64,000 nucleotides of DNA from Antedon mediterranea (GCF_964355755.1 NC_092670.1:2346201-2410200); one strand, 5' to 3'; positions 39,301 to 53,019 are shown, numbered from the stretch's first letter. Program-made: numbers and translations. The notes: generated from the letters alone by a model not told the origin.

Positions 39301-42300
39301 ATACTGTATATTCTCAGCACAATAGATAGTTATATATTTATATGCTAGTAACCATGCAGGCATCAATTCCAGCATTTATCTTCCACGGCTGTGAGAAAAG
39401 GACTTCATTGAATAAAATTTAACCATTTTACCCGCTGCATCACGTGATAAATTGGTTGTCCTCCGAAATCCCAGATTTTCATCACAAATTTGTCGCTAGT
39501 CGTCTGGTCGTCGCTCAACTCAAACTCTATTAAATCTCCAATGTTTGAAGGAATCTTTGTCTGGTCATCACTTTCTTCTTTCTCAAACTCTGTCTTTGAA
39601 GGAATCTTTGTCTGGAGTTTTTCTTGCTCTATATTTAAAAATATTATACTAAATTCATTAAAATAAATTCATTAGTTGACAAATATATCCAATATTATGT
39701 TTTTGTATGTAATATATTATTTGAAGGTTTGCATGGCGAGATCAAATGTTTATATAAAGTTTGCAGTACACCATGTATATTTAGTTCTGGGTTTCTCTAC
39801 ATTTCGATCAGTATACTTTGAGTGACATTCTCACTCTTGAGGACGATCAAAGTATATTGATCGAAACATCGAGAAACTCAACAGTTCTCTACGTCTCTAT
39901 CAATATAATATAATTAATTTGATGACATATATACCGCAAACTTTCTGTATGTACTTTTTATAGGCTTTTTATTAGGATAATTTATTATAGGATTCTAATT
40001 ATTTTATCAATGGTAATTAAAAAAATTAATAATTAATGTAGAAAAGTACATTGTCAGACAATTTAATTTTTAGAAATGAAAGTGAAAAGGGTAAAGGAAC
40101 GATAGAATATCAACGTTTCCGATGATTTCAGGTCCTGGATTTGCTTTCCTAATAATTCTAGGCTGCTTTTCGTTTCCTGATTGACAAGAAGAGTTGTGAT
40201 AGTGACTTTTCAATTGCCATATATCTTGAAAAAAAACCTTGTCAATTAGTAAGAGGAGAATTTAGCACATGCCTCTTAAGATGTTCCTCATTCATTGAGT
40301 TTGTTTTGAGAATAATAACAAATATATTTTCTGGTTAAAACATGAGCAGAGGTGCCTTGAAAATAGTAGGTCTAGTTATTTCGAGACAGAGAGGCCCATA
40401 GTTTTAACAAAACAAACAAAAAATTATAGTTTTGTATATTTGTTTTGTATTATGGATCAAACATTTGAAGACACCAACTGTTCTAAAGTAAACTTCTACT
40501 CAATTTAACCACCTCTTCCATCTTTTTATTTTATCCGTCAACGGTTATTTTTATTTCAATATGACATGAATACAGAAAAGATTTACATGATAGACAATAA
40601 AGCAACTAGAATCATATTGAGGATCTATACTAGAAGAATAAATTATTCTTGTCACTTCTAAGACCCTTTTCAAACTAAAATAATATAGTTAACTAAGTAA
40701 GCATATAAAGAAAAAGAGACAATAAATCAAATATCGAATAAATGAAAAAAATCAAATAATATTAATAATAAATCGAATATCAAAGCTCAGGCCACAAGTC
40801 AGCCCATGTAAAATTCAGTGCTTGTTTTGGTAGAGCAGACAGTGAGATATTAAGTGTGAAATGTAATAATAATATGCCCTGCACTTGAAATTCCTATTAA
40901 CATTTTTTATTACCCTCATCCATTTTGCTTTCTTCTGTTTTAGTTGATTGTGCTGAATTTTCCTTTGACTGTTCTTCTATTCTGTCTTCTTTCACATGCT
41001 TCATGGGAGCATTTTCATAATTGCCAGAAGCCTGTTTTGTAGATGCTGTTGTATTTTGTTTTACTTTCATTTGTTTCACCACTTCTCTAGCAATTGTTTT
41101 GTCATACATTTTAGAAGCTTTAAAAAAAGTGTAATTTGTTTTTGTATATTATTGTTGTTTTGCTTGTACACTATGAATATGTTAATTATTTATTAAAATG
41201 TTAAAAAGGAAGAAACACACATTTAATTGATTCATTTGCCATGTCAGCTCAGGAGTCGCAAAAGCAGAAAACCCACTGTCCCCTGAAGGACGTGCGGCTC
41301 CGTACAACAAACCAACAATTTATGCAATATAGTACAAAGCTTTCAAAACAAAACATACATCACACACATTTGAATAATGAATATATCCATGATATTACAG
41401 AATAAATCCAGTTCTGTGTTATAAATAAATAATTTAGGTAAAAAGAAGCAAGTTATCAATTTATTTCAAATTTGTTTGAATTGAAGTAGTAATCAAGAAA
41501 TTGTATGTAAAACAAATTATATAAATAACATCCATAAAACAAGACAATACAACTACATAATCAGATTAAATAAATAAATATTAAACAAGAATCATACATT
41601 GTCTCTAAAACAACACAGGATTTAACATGGGATTTTTAAAGCAATAAAAGAGAAAAAAAATTACTATTTAATCACGGTGGATTGATTTGAATATTAGCCA
41701 CTTGTATGAACTAATTTTCAAAGTTTTCAATTATCTATGTTATTTTCTACGATTGTAATCCAGTTTTATTTTATTAATTTATTTTTATTTATTTAAGTTT
41801 GTCTCCAAACTTATTTTGGCCTCCTTCTGCACTCTCGTATTTTTCTACTCTTGTAATTTTGTTCCTTAGCTATAAATTTTAAATGTGTGTCCAGAAAAGC
41901 AGTTATTAGATTTAGTTTAAAATTTAGTTTCATCAAAATTTTTGTAGTTTTTACTTGTTTTATATCTATGGTTATTAACATTTTCCTTTTGTTTACCATT
42001 ACAGCATAAATAATAGAATAATCACTGATTATGCAATACACCGGCCTGGCTTACCTTTTCTGTACTTGTGACATATATATGAAGGTTAATGTATTTTTTT
42101 AAATCTTGTAAAATCAGTTATTATATTTTATAAATAATGATTTTACTGCAGCCAGAAAAATATGGGTTTGTCACAAAAGAAATATTTGCGTACTTGTGTC
42201 AATAAATGTTGGTTGATTTTGACAGTATACTTGGAATTATATGTGCTACAAACAATTTTTTAAACATCTATGGAACCATTATTTCACGCATCTTAAGATG

Positions 42301-45300
42301 ATACTTACATGTGTCTGGTAGTTCTTCTTTCAATGTTGTTTCATCGACATCATCTTGAGTGCACACCGTTGTTGTTGCTATAGCATCAGTTATGTCATGC
42401 TTTGGATTAAAACTATAAAAGAAATGTTGATTAAATTAAATATCGAATGTCAAAAATGACAAGAAAAAATGCTTTCTTGGTAGAGAATACTGTATTTGTT
42501 TATACTACGTCATATTATATTAGTTAAGTCCACAAAATGTGCTTTTTTTGTAGAAAAGGCAAAATTACATTAAATAGGTATTTATGAATTCTTGGTATCA
42601 ATGTCCGATGACTTAATGTGTTTTACACCCTTTCGTCAATCAACTTCACACTTCAGAAATAAGTTTGTATAATAGGAAATGTTGTAAAATGCGATGGTAA
42701 TGAAATGGTATTTTTATATTTTCAGTGTTTGTAATGTTCACAATTCAGTTCATTAGTGGAAACAATTCTGGATGGAGGCACACATTTATTTAGTGACATG
42801 CTTTACTTTTCTGGCAGCTATTGAAGATGTTAAGTTGTTTATAATTTTGTAAAGTGTATCTTACATATAATGTAAATAATAATAACCTTTAAACAATATT
42901 GTAACATGAAACTAAAAGAAAGTGCAAATACTTCTTTTGAGAAGTGTATTTTATTGTTACTTTATTTGAAAATCACTTTTAATTGTAATTGTATGTGTTT
43001 GCTATCTTTTAATTTGATTTTACAGTTTTAATAGATTTGCTTACCCTTTCCTTAGCAAAGCATTGATAGTAGAAGTTTTTCCTACTCCTTCAAGACCTAC
43101 AAAAATAACTCTGCCCTGTTTAACTTCAGTTTTTCCTTCTTCCAGGGCTTCATTGTATGCTCTGTACGCTTCTGGTCCCCGAGCCTGTATCTCCACTGGA
43201 GTTAAGTCTTGAAAATAAAACTTATTAAAATTAGTACACAATCAATGTAATTTACCAAATAGGGCATTCCACAGTATTTGGTCCGTGGGTTGAACAATTG
43301 TATTTACTAATTTTGATATAACTCTTGGCCATTTCTCAAAGTAGAAGTTTATTAAATAAAATTTTTTTTATTTTTCTGATATATAGTTTATAAGTTATTG
43401 AATATTAAATATGAAAAAACCATATTTCACGGACAGGACATTTTAAAATTCTATTTATTTCATAAACTATGCATCTTATTACCGTTTTATCAACAGATAT
43501 AGTTACTTTATGGTTCAATAATACATAATTCAAGTATTTAATTAAAATGTTGTTGTTTATTAATTTCATACATGCATTTCAAATTCATCGTTTTAGGCAG
43601 TTTTTTTACATTTATTTTAATGATGCCAAAAATCTTGATATTTCATTTTCTCCTGAGGACTATCATTAGATTATTAACACATTTTTTGAAAATGTTATAT
43701 TTTGATGAAAATATCATATTTAAAAAACATAGACATATAGTATCATTTAAATCCTAATTATTTCACAAACCATGAATCTTTTAAAAAAATTTTTGCCAGA
43801 TATAGTTACTCTATGTCCCTATTGTACATGGTAAAGCATTTTATAAGACATATTGTGTTTATTAAATTTCATATATGCATTTAAAAATTCATAATTGTCC
43901 CGTCCTTGCATAGTTTTGTGGTGTTTTTTACATTTCAGTTAAAAGTATTAATACCACAATTTAATATTTTTGTTTTCTCCTTTTAAGAACTATATGTAAT
44001 ACATTATAAACAAATATTTTGAAACTATCATATTAAAAAAAATATATTGATGACATTTTTCGTAGGAACTTAACGGGACAGACATTTTTGTTACGGATGG
44101 GACATAATATTATTTAAAAATATTTTATTTTATGCATCTTGTTAACATTTTTTCCCATACATATACTGTACTATTACTTTTTATTTTAAAGTAAGCTCCA
44201 ATTGTTCATAATCAAGTATTTTATTAAAATTGTTTATTAATTTCATACTTGCATTTAAAAATGCATAATTGTTAATTCTGAGACATTTTGATTAGGTTTT
44301 TCCTCACTTTTCCTCAATTATTGAAGTAATGGCTAGAATCTAAGACCACAGCGTTGATAGTCATTTTGTGTTACTTTTTGGTAACTTTATAGAACAAAAC
44401 TGTAATACAAGTTGCAAAATGGCATTGGAATCATTCACTAGAGCGTTAAAATTATAGATTAGGTTAAAAAATATCAAATTGCGTGTGATGCATGCAGGTA
44501 TGCATGGCAGGCCTTTTAAATTATTAGAATCGACTTATTTATTTATACCAGTTTAAAGACGAAAACATTATAGGCCCTAGTATTTATTTTTACATACTAG
44601 AGGGTGAGCTCGCTTCGCTCGCTCCCCCTCTAGGAAGTGTAGACGATGGTTCTCGGAATGATAATGTTCTCCTTATACATTTTCTGTCGGTTACCATTAT
44701 TGAAAATGCTTGACATTCGTAAAACTAAACTACTTTGTTTCACAGTGTTTTAGATGATTAATAACATTTTAAAGTAGGCCTATAGTTTTTATTGTTTGGT
44801 AGGGCCCTTTGGGGAGCTGAGGCGGAGGTCATTTGAGGGAGGTACTTATTCGAGGGATATACCGTATGTTAAATTTTTTAGTTCTAATAATATGGTAACA
44901 TTTATAATCAAATGAAATCCTCTCATAGATATGAAAAGTGGTAAAAAAGAATAACAAATGCTTGGTAAATTGCAGATAACAGTGCGGTGAATTCTACTAC
45001 AAATAGTATAATTGTGTTATTATAAATATGTGGATGGACGTTTATTAGATAGTTGGGTTGTGGGGGGGGGGGGGGGGGGTTATTATTCAAAGTGATGTTT
45101 TATTGGAGAGGCGTTTATTCAAATGAATACCATCCTAATAATTATTAATACATTATTTAATTTAATCATCTTTTGAAACTAACTGCCGTGACAGAGTGGG
45201 CCCAAGAAAGAAGACATTACGGCTTGCAACATGGGCAGACATCTCGGTCCTAACGGGACACAGGAAGATAGCCTACAGTTATTCCTGCAAGCTACTCAAT

Positions 45301-48226
45301 AAAACTCAGCTATCGGGATTTCACTCGAAAAATGTCTTATCAAATCTCCCTATGTAATTTTATAATACTATTCCCCACAATATATTCTGATTCTTTATGT
45401 CGTATATTTAATTTGATCTTTATTAATTTGCAGTATAATTCCTATTATTTAACTACTGTACCTTCACATGTGGTATGTTTTAAAATAAACAAAAAACTGA
45501 AATGGCTATGATTAATGGCCAATTTTTTTTTTCGTCTTCCAAAGGGACACTGTATTGATTGATGGAAAGTGCCTGTTTCCAGTCACCTTTAAGGTCAAAT
45601 CTATTATTTTAACTGCTCCCTTGTGTATAAAAGAGAGAAAATATTTGAAACTAAGTTGAACTTATCTTAAACCCGGAAATTACTTTGACCGGGAAGAATT
45701 GAAATTGAGAGGAAAATCCAATGTTGAAATCATAAATGTTGTTAAAAAACTCTTTATAACATCTTCCTAAGATATAAATATGGAACAATAGCGTCGGCGT
45801 GCACACTAATGTTATCAAATCTACGTTTCGCGGTACATCTCGGATAGATAAGGTAGGTATCCAAGGCGGAGATTTGTAGAGAAGTTTTTGCATTGTGCTC
45901 GCCTATGTCAGAATTAACCATAATTTATATATAGATAATGCAGTTTGTGACCTTATTAGATCGTTAAAATGCATACGAATGCTATTAAATAAGTACAATA
46001 CTCAAAAGCCCCTTTCTCACAGAGCTGTGTGCCAGGAATATACCATTACCATGCCGGTATGGTTTTCTGTGAGAACGGGTCGTCTTGGCATCATGCCGGC
46101 ATCGACATAGGCCATAAGCAGTAGCTCAAAAGATGCCTAGAACATGGATTTCGTTCCCACCTCTTGGATCTACATTTTGAAGTTGATATTGTGAAATGAA
46201 TATGTTACACATACTATATCAAAAGTTCTCCATGAAATACTTGTACACTTTTGAGCAATGGCCTCTCAAAGGTACCCCACTACTGCAAAAAAGGCACTTT
46301 TTGAGGTCTGGAGGTACTTTTATGGGCCAATATCTTTAAAAGTCTTTGTCCAAATGCAATTGTCTTTTCTCTGTGAGTATTCCAGTATATTGTGAACACT
46401 TATCCAAAATTTAAAATTTAAAAAATAAGTATTTTGTATGTGAGGAAAACTGAAAAATTACAATTATTTAGTTGTAATTGCACTTTTCAAGATGTTTAAG
46501 ACACAAAATCTTCGTAACTAATTGACATACCATATTTATATTTTTTTCCCAACTATTTGAGAGGGTTGTTAAACAAGATTCAAAGTTTCAGCTTGTCAGC
46601 TTCAGGGAGGTTTTATTTATGAAGATGCAAAAACTGAGATTTGGCCAATTTTATAGATAATTTTAATATCTTTTAGTCGTTTTTTGAGCAGTTATATTTT
46701 AATAATCAACTCTCACTATGTATTTATATTCATGCAATGGGTATCCTAGTGAGTTAGTGACACACAAGTGAAGTTTCAACGCAAAAGAAATTATTATGCA
46801 ATAATATGATAGTAACTTACATTGCATTTTTTTTGTTTTTAGTGCCAATTTTGTGTGAACTCGACTCAAACCGTAAAAGGCGCCTGAATAAATACTATGC
46901 CTTTTCTGTACAACTACCCGAGAGGGTTGATAAACAACCTTTTCAAACCAGCTTGATGATTTTTTTTATATAGGAAGATGCACTGCACCAGCTGAGAATT
47001 TGCTAATTTTATAGATAATTTTGATGTTTTATTTGTTTTTGAGGAGTACGTAAGCCTACATGATTTCTTAGAAAATGACTTGCCATAATAATATTTATAT
47101 TCATGCAATGGGTATGCTAGTAGGTTAGTGACATCTGAGTAAATTTTCAACACAAACAATAAATGATTATGCAATAACTTATTTATTGTAACTTAAATAT
47201 AGCATTTTTTAGGAGTTTTTAGTGCCAATTTAGGCCAGGAGCTTCCATAAAAACAACCCATTTTTTTCTGTGAAACACCAGATAAGTAGGCCTGCCAGCC
47301 CATTTTTACTGTTTTTATATTGATAACATGAATGTAAGTCTTGTGGAGAGAACTATTATTATTGATAATGATATGAGATGGACATAATATACACACAATA
47401 TACAACAAATACCTTGTAATGTATTTTCATTTATTTTTTTTTTGTTTCTTTTGGATTTGTGTTTTTTTACAACCCTACATGTTGCCCAATATACAATGTA
47501 TATAATCCTACTCTTCTCTAGATACGTTGTACCAGCATAACTAGTAGTCAAGTAGAAAAGTTGTCAATTTCAGGTGCGGCATGGCCAGTGTACAATGGAA
47601 ATAGCAAATATACTTTAACTAATTAATAAGTAATAATTACTATGTGGAATATCCTTCATAAACAGTATGTACATACTACGTGGTAGGTAGGTACAATTAA
47701 ACATAGATTCAGCAACATTTGCAGTAAGTATTTTACATTCAGCCAGTTGATGGTTTTGAAGTTTATGAAAAATTCAAGATGATGACAATTGTTTTGAAGT
47801 TGGTATCATTTCTGTAACAAATAATCAAGAATAGATTATCTAATTTATATCGATTACTTAATATTTTAGTTAAACTGAATATTATTAAATTACAATGAAT
47901 CTTTTTGGTTTTATATTTAAAAATTAGTTCAGATTTGTGGTAAACCATACACAGAAATGTTGAAACATTTTCAACTTTACTTACTCTACCACACACTTTC
48001 CATTACTATATAGTGTTTATTGACAATGCAACCTGGTATATAAAACATTTTTAAAGTAATGGATGTTTTTCAGCTATTTCTTGCATTCATTACTATTTTA
48101 AACTTTCATTACTAATTTTACTACTATTGTATATAATTATAACAAAACATAAATCATTTGGCATTTCTCATCTCTACATTAAAAAAGGATCCAAAACTTA
48201 CCAGAATCAGTGAACGTGTTCAGCAT
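24040..48226 (-). CDS. ROCO paralog A: Roc GTPase - COR - 3x death domain (multi-exon, no kinase seen)
   Basis: Frame-consistent GT-AG exons: 48202-48226, 43045-43207 (GLEGVGKTS), 42309-42412, 40914-41117, 39432-39628 (IWDFGGQ), 38790-38879, 38296-38472 (IGTHLN), 37826-38071, 37259-37441 (LEYLHDIGVILY), 36703-36861, 36329-36604, 35855-35938, 34320-34539, 30569-30592, 30249-30275, 29784-30089, 28317-28628, 24040/24057-24314. Confidence 0.85.
24369..28182 (-). mobile_element. Helentron-associated non-autonomous element (HINE/DINE-1-like)
   Basis: 5' end (minus) subTIR within the hairpin AGGCTATCGCTCT-ctgt-AGAGCGATAGCCT. 3' end has subTIR GCGATAGTCT, stem-loop AACTCGTC-aacgt-GACGAGTT and then CTAGTT. 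T-rich flanks. Confidence 0.7.
25030..27636. mobile_element. Kolobok-like non-autonomous DNA transposon nested in the HINE
   Basis: 16-bp TIR AG(T/A)TGTATTGTCCCCC, TTAA on both sides (25026-25029, 27637-27640), RR...YY termini. Confidence 0.75.
28317..28628 (-). CDS. Death domain exon 2
   Basis: ICDKLDSRWTRLTVRLGI...MMDALVGWRDRN...MVDALRQQKLVKLSNDL, phase 1-1. The donor position is less certain. Confidence 0.8.
29185..29395 (+). mobile_element. SINE fragment (conserved central domain + L2/CR1-like tail)
   Basis: ccaggtgtataaatgggtacc core and cagcgcttagag...aggcgctatataaat...(tat)n tail. Confidence 0.55.
29784..30089 (-). CDS. Death domain exon 1
   Basis: IKEVSEKILGWKQFGVRLGL...AEEMMMYWR...FCRALVQHGRDDLA, phase 1-1. 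Confidence 0.85.
30930..33280 (+). mobile_element. Fragmented DIRS/Ngaro-type retrotransposon remnant (RT 31020-31357; RNase H 33150-33260)
   Basis: SIDLKDAYFH, MYLDDW, GFLINRDKSCLLPT and ITTDASEIGW motifs, with deletions and intervening DNA. Confidence 0.75.
33345..33520. mobile_element. MITE (related copy ~52160-52292)
   Basis: acact(g/a)tcaaact...tttgatagtgt inverted ends and shared gtgacaaaaaaatgtgatgtg core. Confidence 0.6.
35330..35525 (-). mobile_element. tRNA-derived SINE
   Basis: Minus strand ATAGCCGAGTGGTTAGG (A box), GGTTCAATGCCC (B box) and CTCAGCTGTAAAATGAGTACC core. Confidence 0.7.
39432..39628 (-). CDS. Roc G3 exon of ROCO A
   Basis: ...KFVMKIWDFGGQPIYHVMQR. WDFxGQ is the Roc signature. 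Confidence 0.9.
43045..43207 (-). CDS. Roc P-loop exon of ROCO A
   Basis: LTPVEIQARGPEAYRAYNEALEEGKTEVKQGRVIFVGLEGVGKTSTINALL with canonical splice sites. Confidence 0.9.
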
Positions 48227-49040
48227 TTTTGTGCCTCCTTTCCACTAGACAACCTAGACATAAATAATTGAATATAAATTGAATTGAAATGATACAGTTG
48301 AAATGAAATAAATTATTTTTAATTAAAATTAAGCATTTATAAATAAAAATAATACCGGGCTGATGTATGAATACTAGGCCTAGTCTTCGGACCAGGCCAT
48401 CAAAATGAATGCATAATACTAAATAGGATAGCCTAGGTACAGTATAGGGAAAGCCTGCTTACTCTAGGCCAGACCAAATTAATTATTTCAAACAATTGTA
48501 ATTATTAATAATAATAAATAATAATATATTAATTTTAATGTGTATTTATTATGTTTGCTCAAAATGTACTAAAATTATGCTATCCTCACCTGTGTCTTTG
48601 TATTCCGTTTGTCGCCGTTTTAACTTAAATAGCCCATTAAGTTATAGTTTAGTAGCAGGCCTAACTGTACTGTGCTGCTGCTGGGCCTACCTAGCCTATG
48701 CTATCTTGAGAGTAGCCTAGTATACACCTCCAGACCTAGGCCAGTGTGCTACCTTAAGCCTTTAGGCTAGAGCCTAAAGACGTAGCTAGCTAGCCTAGCC
48801 TTTCTGTACGAATATTATTAATATAGCACACTGGTTTAAGTGGTAACATTCTAAAAATCCCATTTCTTATATGAGCAGGAGACTATTTCAATACAATAGG
48901 ATGATCATAAGATGCATCATTTCTTCGTTTACAGTAGCATTTGTTCGGTGGGGAATCAAACAAATTTTCCTCCACGTCTAGCTCCATTCATCATGATTGA
49001 ATATTTTTGTCCACGTGTGACGTTGCCGTGTGTGAGTTTT

Positions 49041-49051
49041 GGGGATTCCCC
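49041..49051. promoter_or_regulatory. Consensus NF-kappaB site in the putative ROCO A promoter
   Basis: GGGGATTCCCC flanked by CACGTG E-boxes (~49012, ~49088), upstream of candidate exons ending ~48590 and 48202. Confidence 0.5.
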
Positions 49052-49993
49052 TCATCTGTAAACAGAGCATGATTGGTGAAATACGATCACGTGGTACAGT
49101 TTTTAAGACGTTGCGGATAATTTGAACGTGTAACGTTCGGCCCGACCAAATCACTCACGCGGTGTATATTAAAATAAAGTACCAAAATAAAACAGTAATT
49201 TCTCAAAATTTTCTAACACGATTATGGAGAACTTTTGATATGTTGTTATTTATAAATTATTATTCTAAATATGTAAAGAAATTGTAGATCCATGACATCG
49301 GAACGAGATGAAACGTTAGAATTTACTGCTTATGGCCTAACATGACCTGCTTTAGACCTAGTAATATTACTAGGGATATTCCCCACAATGCCAGACGGGC
49401 ATTCTGTGAGAACGTAACACCGTTACATTCCGGGGTTATATTTAATTCCCGTCGAGGCTTTGACACCTTGCGCGGTCAAGTGTCACTTTGGCGCCGATTC
49501 ATTCAATTAACAATAATAATGTCGAACTGGAGGGATAAGAGAGCTGCTTAAAATAAGGGGACAAGAAGAAATTTGTAGCATTAGGCCATAGCTCTTTGTT
49601 GGTGCCTGACCCTTCGTCGCCTTGTAAATTTTACAGCCTTCTAAGGTGTTTTACAGATTGCCGATGAGATGACGGCTATTTAATTGCTGTACCTGTATAA
49701 TATATGCACAATATACTGTACATATAGCATGTATTGCATAGATATGCTATAAAGGAAGATAATAATCTGTAACTTAAAATTCGCCGCCATATATTGCTAG
49801 ACAAAAATAATAACAATAAAGCACGCCCTCAATAATTATTTGAATATGCCCGACTCTTTTCTCACAGAAAGCCGGTATATACCGGTTATATTTCCGGTGT
49901 AAGATTGAATTGTGTCCAGCATTCAAAAGTGTCCGGGTGGCGATTTTTTTTTTCGTACATAAGTTGCGGACCCCCCTCATGAAACGTCACAAA

Positions 49994-52900
49994 TAGTCCG
50001 GTCCCTAAGGGGAAATGATATTACCATAGTGGATACAAGTGTGCCCTTTGGCATGTTGATAGAACATGATATGGAGATACCAAAACAAAGTTACTGGAAA
50101 TCTGATTTGACCTCTGTGACCTCTGACCTCAATTTTTATATTTCTATCTTAAACAGCCATATCTCAGCAACGGGTTGGACAATTGAAATGATATTGGTGT
50201 CAAATAGATCAGAGGGTACATATTTATATTCGCTCTAATAGAACTTTTTTTTTTAAACGACCCGAAATGTAATTTCTGAATGTTTTGACCTTTGACCTTG
50301 GCTTACTATATCTCAATAACTACTGGTCAAAATTTCTTGAAATTTGTTCTAAATTGTTAAGAGCATACATATTTATATATACTCTAATTAAACATGTTCT
50401 TCCAAATTCACAGGAAATGTCATTTACTGACCTTTGACCTTTACTGTTTGAATATGTCTGTATCTCTGTAACCAAATGTCATAAAAAGTTCAGTTTGGTA
50501 TCAAATTGTTCAGAATGTAAACATTTATATTAACTCTAATAGAAGATGTTATCATATTTTTACTGAAAATGCCAGTTATCGCAGTTTGAGGTATGACCAG
50601 GATATACTGTTAAGCGTGCGTGTGTCATACTTATATACCCAAAATATAGATTTAATTGACCAGAACTTCACTCAATATCCTAGTTAGTTTACCTTTTACA
50701 ATTTTCTTTAAACTTAAATTTTCATTTAATTTCAATATTGAAATTATATTATAATTCCATCGCATGGTAGGCATACACCGTAAGAGCAACACTCAATATC
50801 AACATAGAAGTAGATAAACTTAAAGTTGATTAACATCAAGATCTTAAAGAAAAAAAAAGAAGAATTAACCAATGCGTTTTGATACTCATAAAACATATGA
50901 CCTAATTACCAATTCATTGCTTGAAGTATGCTGAAAAAATGAAATGTTGAAAACAGTGAGAAAAAAGCGAAGAAAAAGTGAAAAATAAAAACATATGCTT
51001 AAAATATTAGAAATCTGAAAAGGATCAAAGACAAATTAATTACAAAGCTGATTTCTTTCCAAGAACATACTGTAGTGGAATATAAAAGGAAAACGAACCA
51101 GTGAGCATTCAAAAATATTACCATCTATTCTTGTAGAGAAAGTGAAAGAGGCTTTAAGGCAAATGCAAGAAAACAAAGCTCCAACACTGATGATGAACAT
51201 GAGGCAATGACACATCCAGCTCATAACAATATACAACAAAATATTAGAAACCAGAAAAAATGAAGAGAAGCAATGATCCACAAAATCATGACAAAACTGA
51301 CATCAATCATTACCGACCAAATGAAAATTAACACATGTACAAAAAGTAATCAAAAAAATCAGAGACCGACTAGAAATAAATAAACCAAGATATAAGGCTT
51401 CATAGAGTAGGACCATCTTATAAAGTTTATCAATCAATTAAAATAAAAATGAAATGAATATCACTAAATCTTTGATTTAGAGATTATCAGAAAGCATTTG
51501 ACTCAATAAAACAGGCATTACCATATTAGAGGGAATTATTATACCTCAACAAAATAATATGGATTACGATCGCTCAAAGAGAAGTTAAGGAAGATTATTA
51601 AGACAAGGAGACACTTAAGATCTTCACTGCATTGGAAGAGGTGTTTAATCAAAGAGCTAATCTAAAAAATAGTAAATATCACTTTTAAACATTTAACCAA
51701 AACCACATTGACTTCCTGCCTATGTTTTGCTTTAAATTACAGTTTTTTAGGTGTGCACTTTATCATTTTTTTCCGATCCAATTTTTGGTGAAAGTGAATA
51801 ACTATATGTGACATCAAAATTGCATATTCAACAAAAATATTTGTACAAATTACTTTGTCAGCGGGACAATAATTATATATATAATTAATAATAATAATAA
51901 TTAATAATTATAGCATGTGATATTATTAGCAAATATTTCAAATGTAGTTTTGAAACTTTCCCATTACAAACAATTGCCATAATTCTTTACATTACAATAC
52001 ACCCATCCTCTGGGACTTATTTTCAAATGTAGCTTAAAACAGTACAATTCTGGTGGCCATTTTGATGTGTATAGAGATGCATGCAGTACAGTAGCATTGG
52101 AAAAGCAAGAGAGGGGGAGGTGGTTGGGGTGGATGGAGAGACATTTTTGTTACATGTTTGTCTACACTATCAAACTAGTTTAACAAAAAAGGTTTGATGT
52201 CCCCAAATATGGTAGTGATGATGTCCTCGTGTCCATATATGGGCACATCACATTTTTTTGTCACATAAAGTTTGATAGTGTAGACAGAGTTTAACATTTG
52301 TGTAACAAACATGTAAAAAAATATGCGTCTCTCCATCCACCCCAACCACCTCCCCTCTCTCGTTCTCTTTTTATAGATTATTAGTTGCTAAATATATACA
52401 AAACGATGGGTCATAGCTCAAATTGACATTTCCAATTGAATTCTGCCAAAATATTTTGTTACAGCAAATATAAATGTGTATATTCTGAACAATTTGACAC
52501 CAAACTGAACTTTTTAGGAAAAATAGTTACCGAGATATCGACATATTCAAACATTAGAGGTCAAGGGTCAAAAAAACTTAATTTATGGTAATTTTTTGAA
52601 AAAAGTTTGCATTAGACTAAATATTAGATTTATTTTCTTAACATTTTGAGCCCATTCTCAAATCTCTGAGATTGCGCATTATTGAGATATTAGGCGATCA
52701 AGGTCAAACTGAAAAATAAAGCCTTTGCCGCCATTTTTTTACAATTTTTTTCATTGTAGCGAATATAAATATGTATCTTCCAAGCATTTTGACAACAAAA
52801 TAAATGTAAAATGTCCATGCGTTGTCAAGATATGGCGATTTTTTGTTATATAATAGAAAAATATAAAAATTGAGGTCAAAGGTCACAGAGGTCAAATCAG

Positions 52901-53019
52901 ATTTCCAGTAACTTTGTTTTGGCATCTCCACACTATACTCTACCAAACTGCTATATTGAATAATTTGTATCCAGTCTGGTAACATCCCACCCCTTTTTCT
53001 CCCCTTAGGGACTGGACTA
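49994..53019. mobile_element. Academ-like non-autonomous DNA transposon with long imperfect TIRs
   Basis: Termini TAGTCC(G/A)GTCCCTAAGGGGA inverted and 50070-50600 mirrored at 52430-52930. Inserted in an A-run (probable 3-bp AAA TSD). The superfamily call is an inference. Confidence 0.65.
51040..51650 (+). mobile_element. Degenerate RTE-like LINE RT fragment
   Basis: Remnant motifs KVKEALRQMQENKAP, DYQKAFDSI and LRQGDT. Confidence 0.6.

Noticed and set aside
41640-42050. CR1/L2 LINE remnant
   Set aside because: Only faint resemblance, with no convincing RT motif readable.
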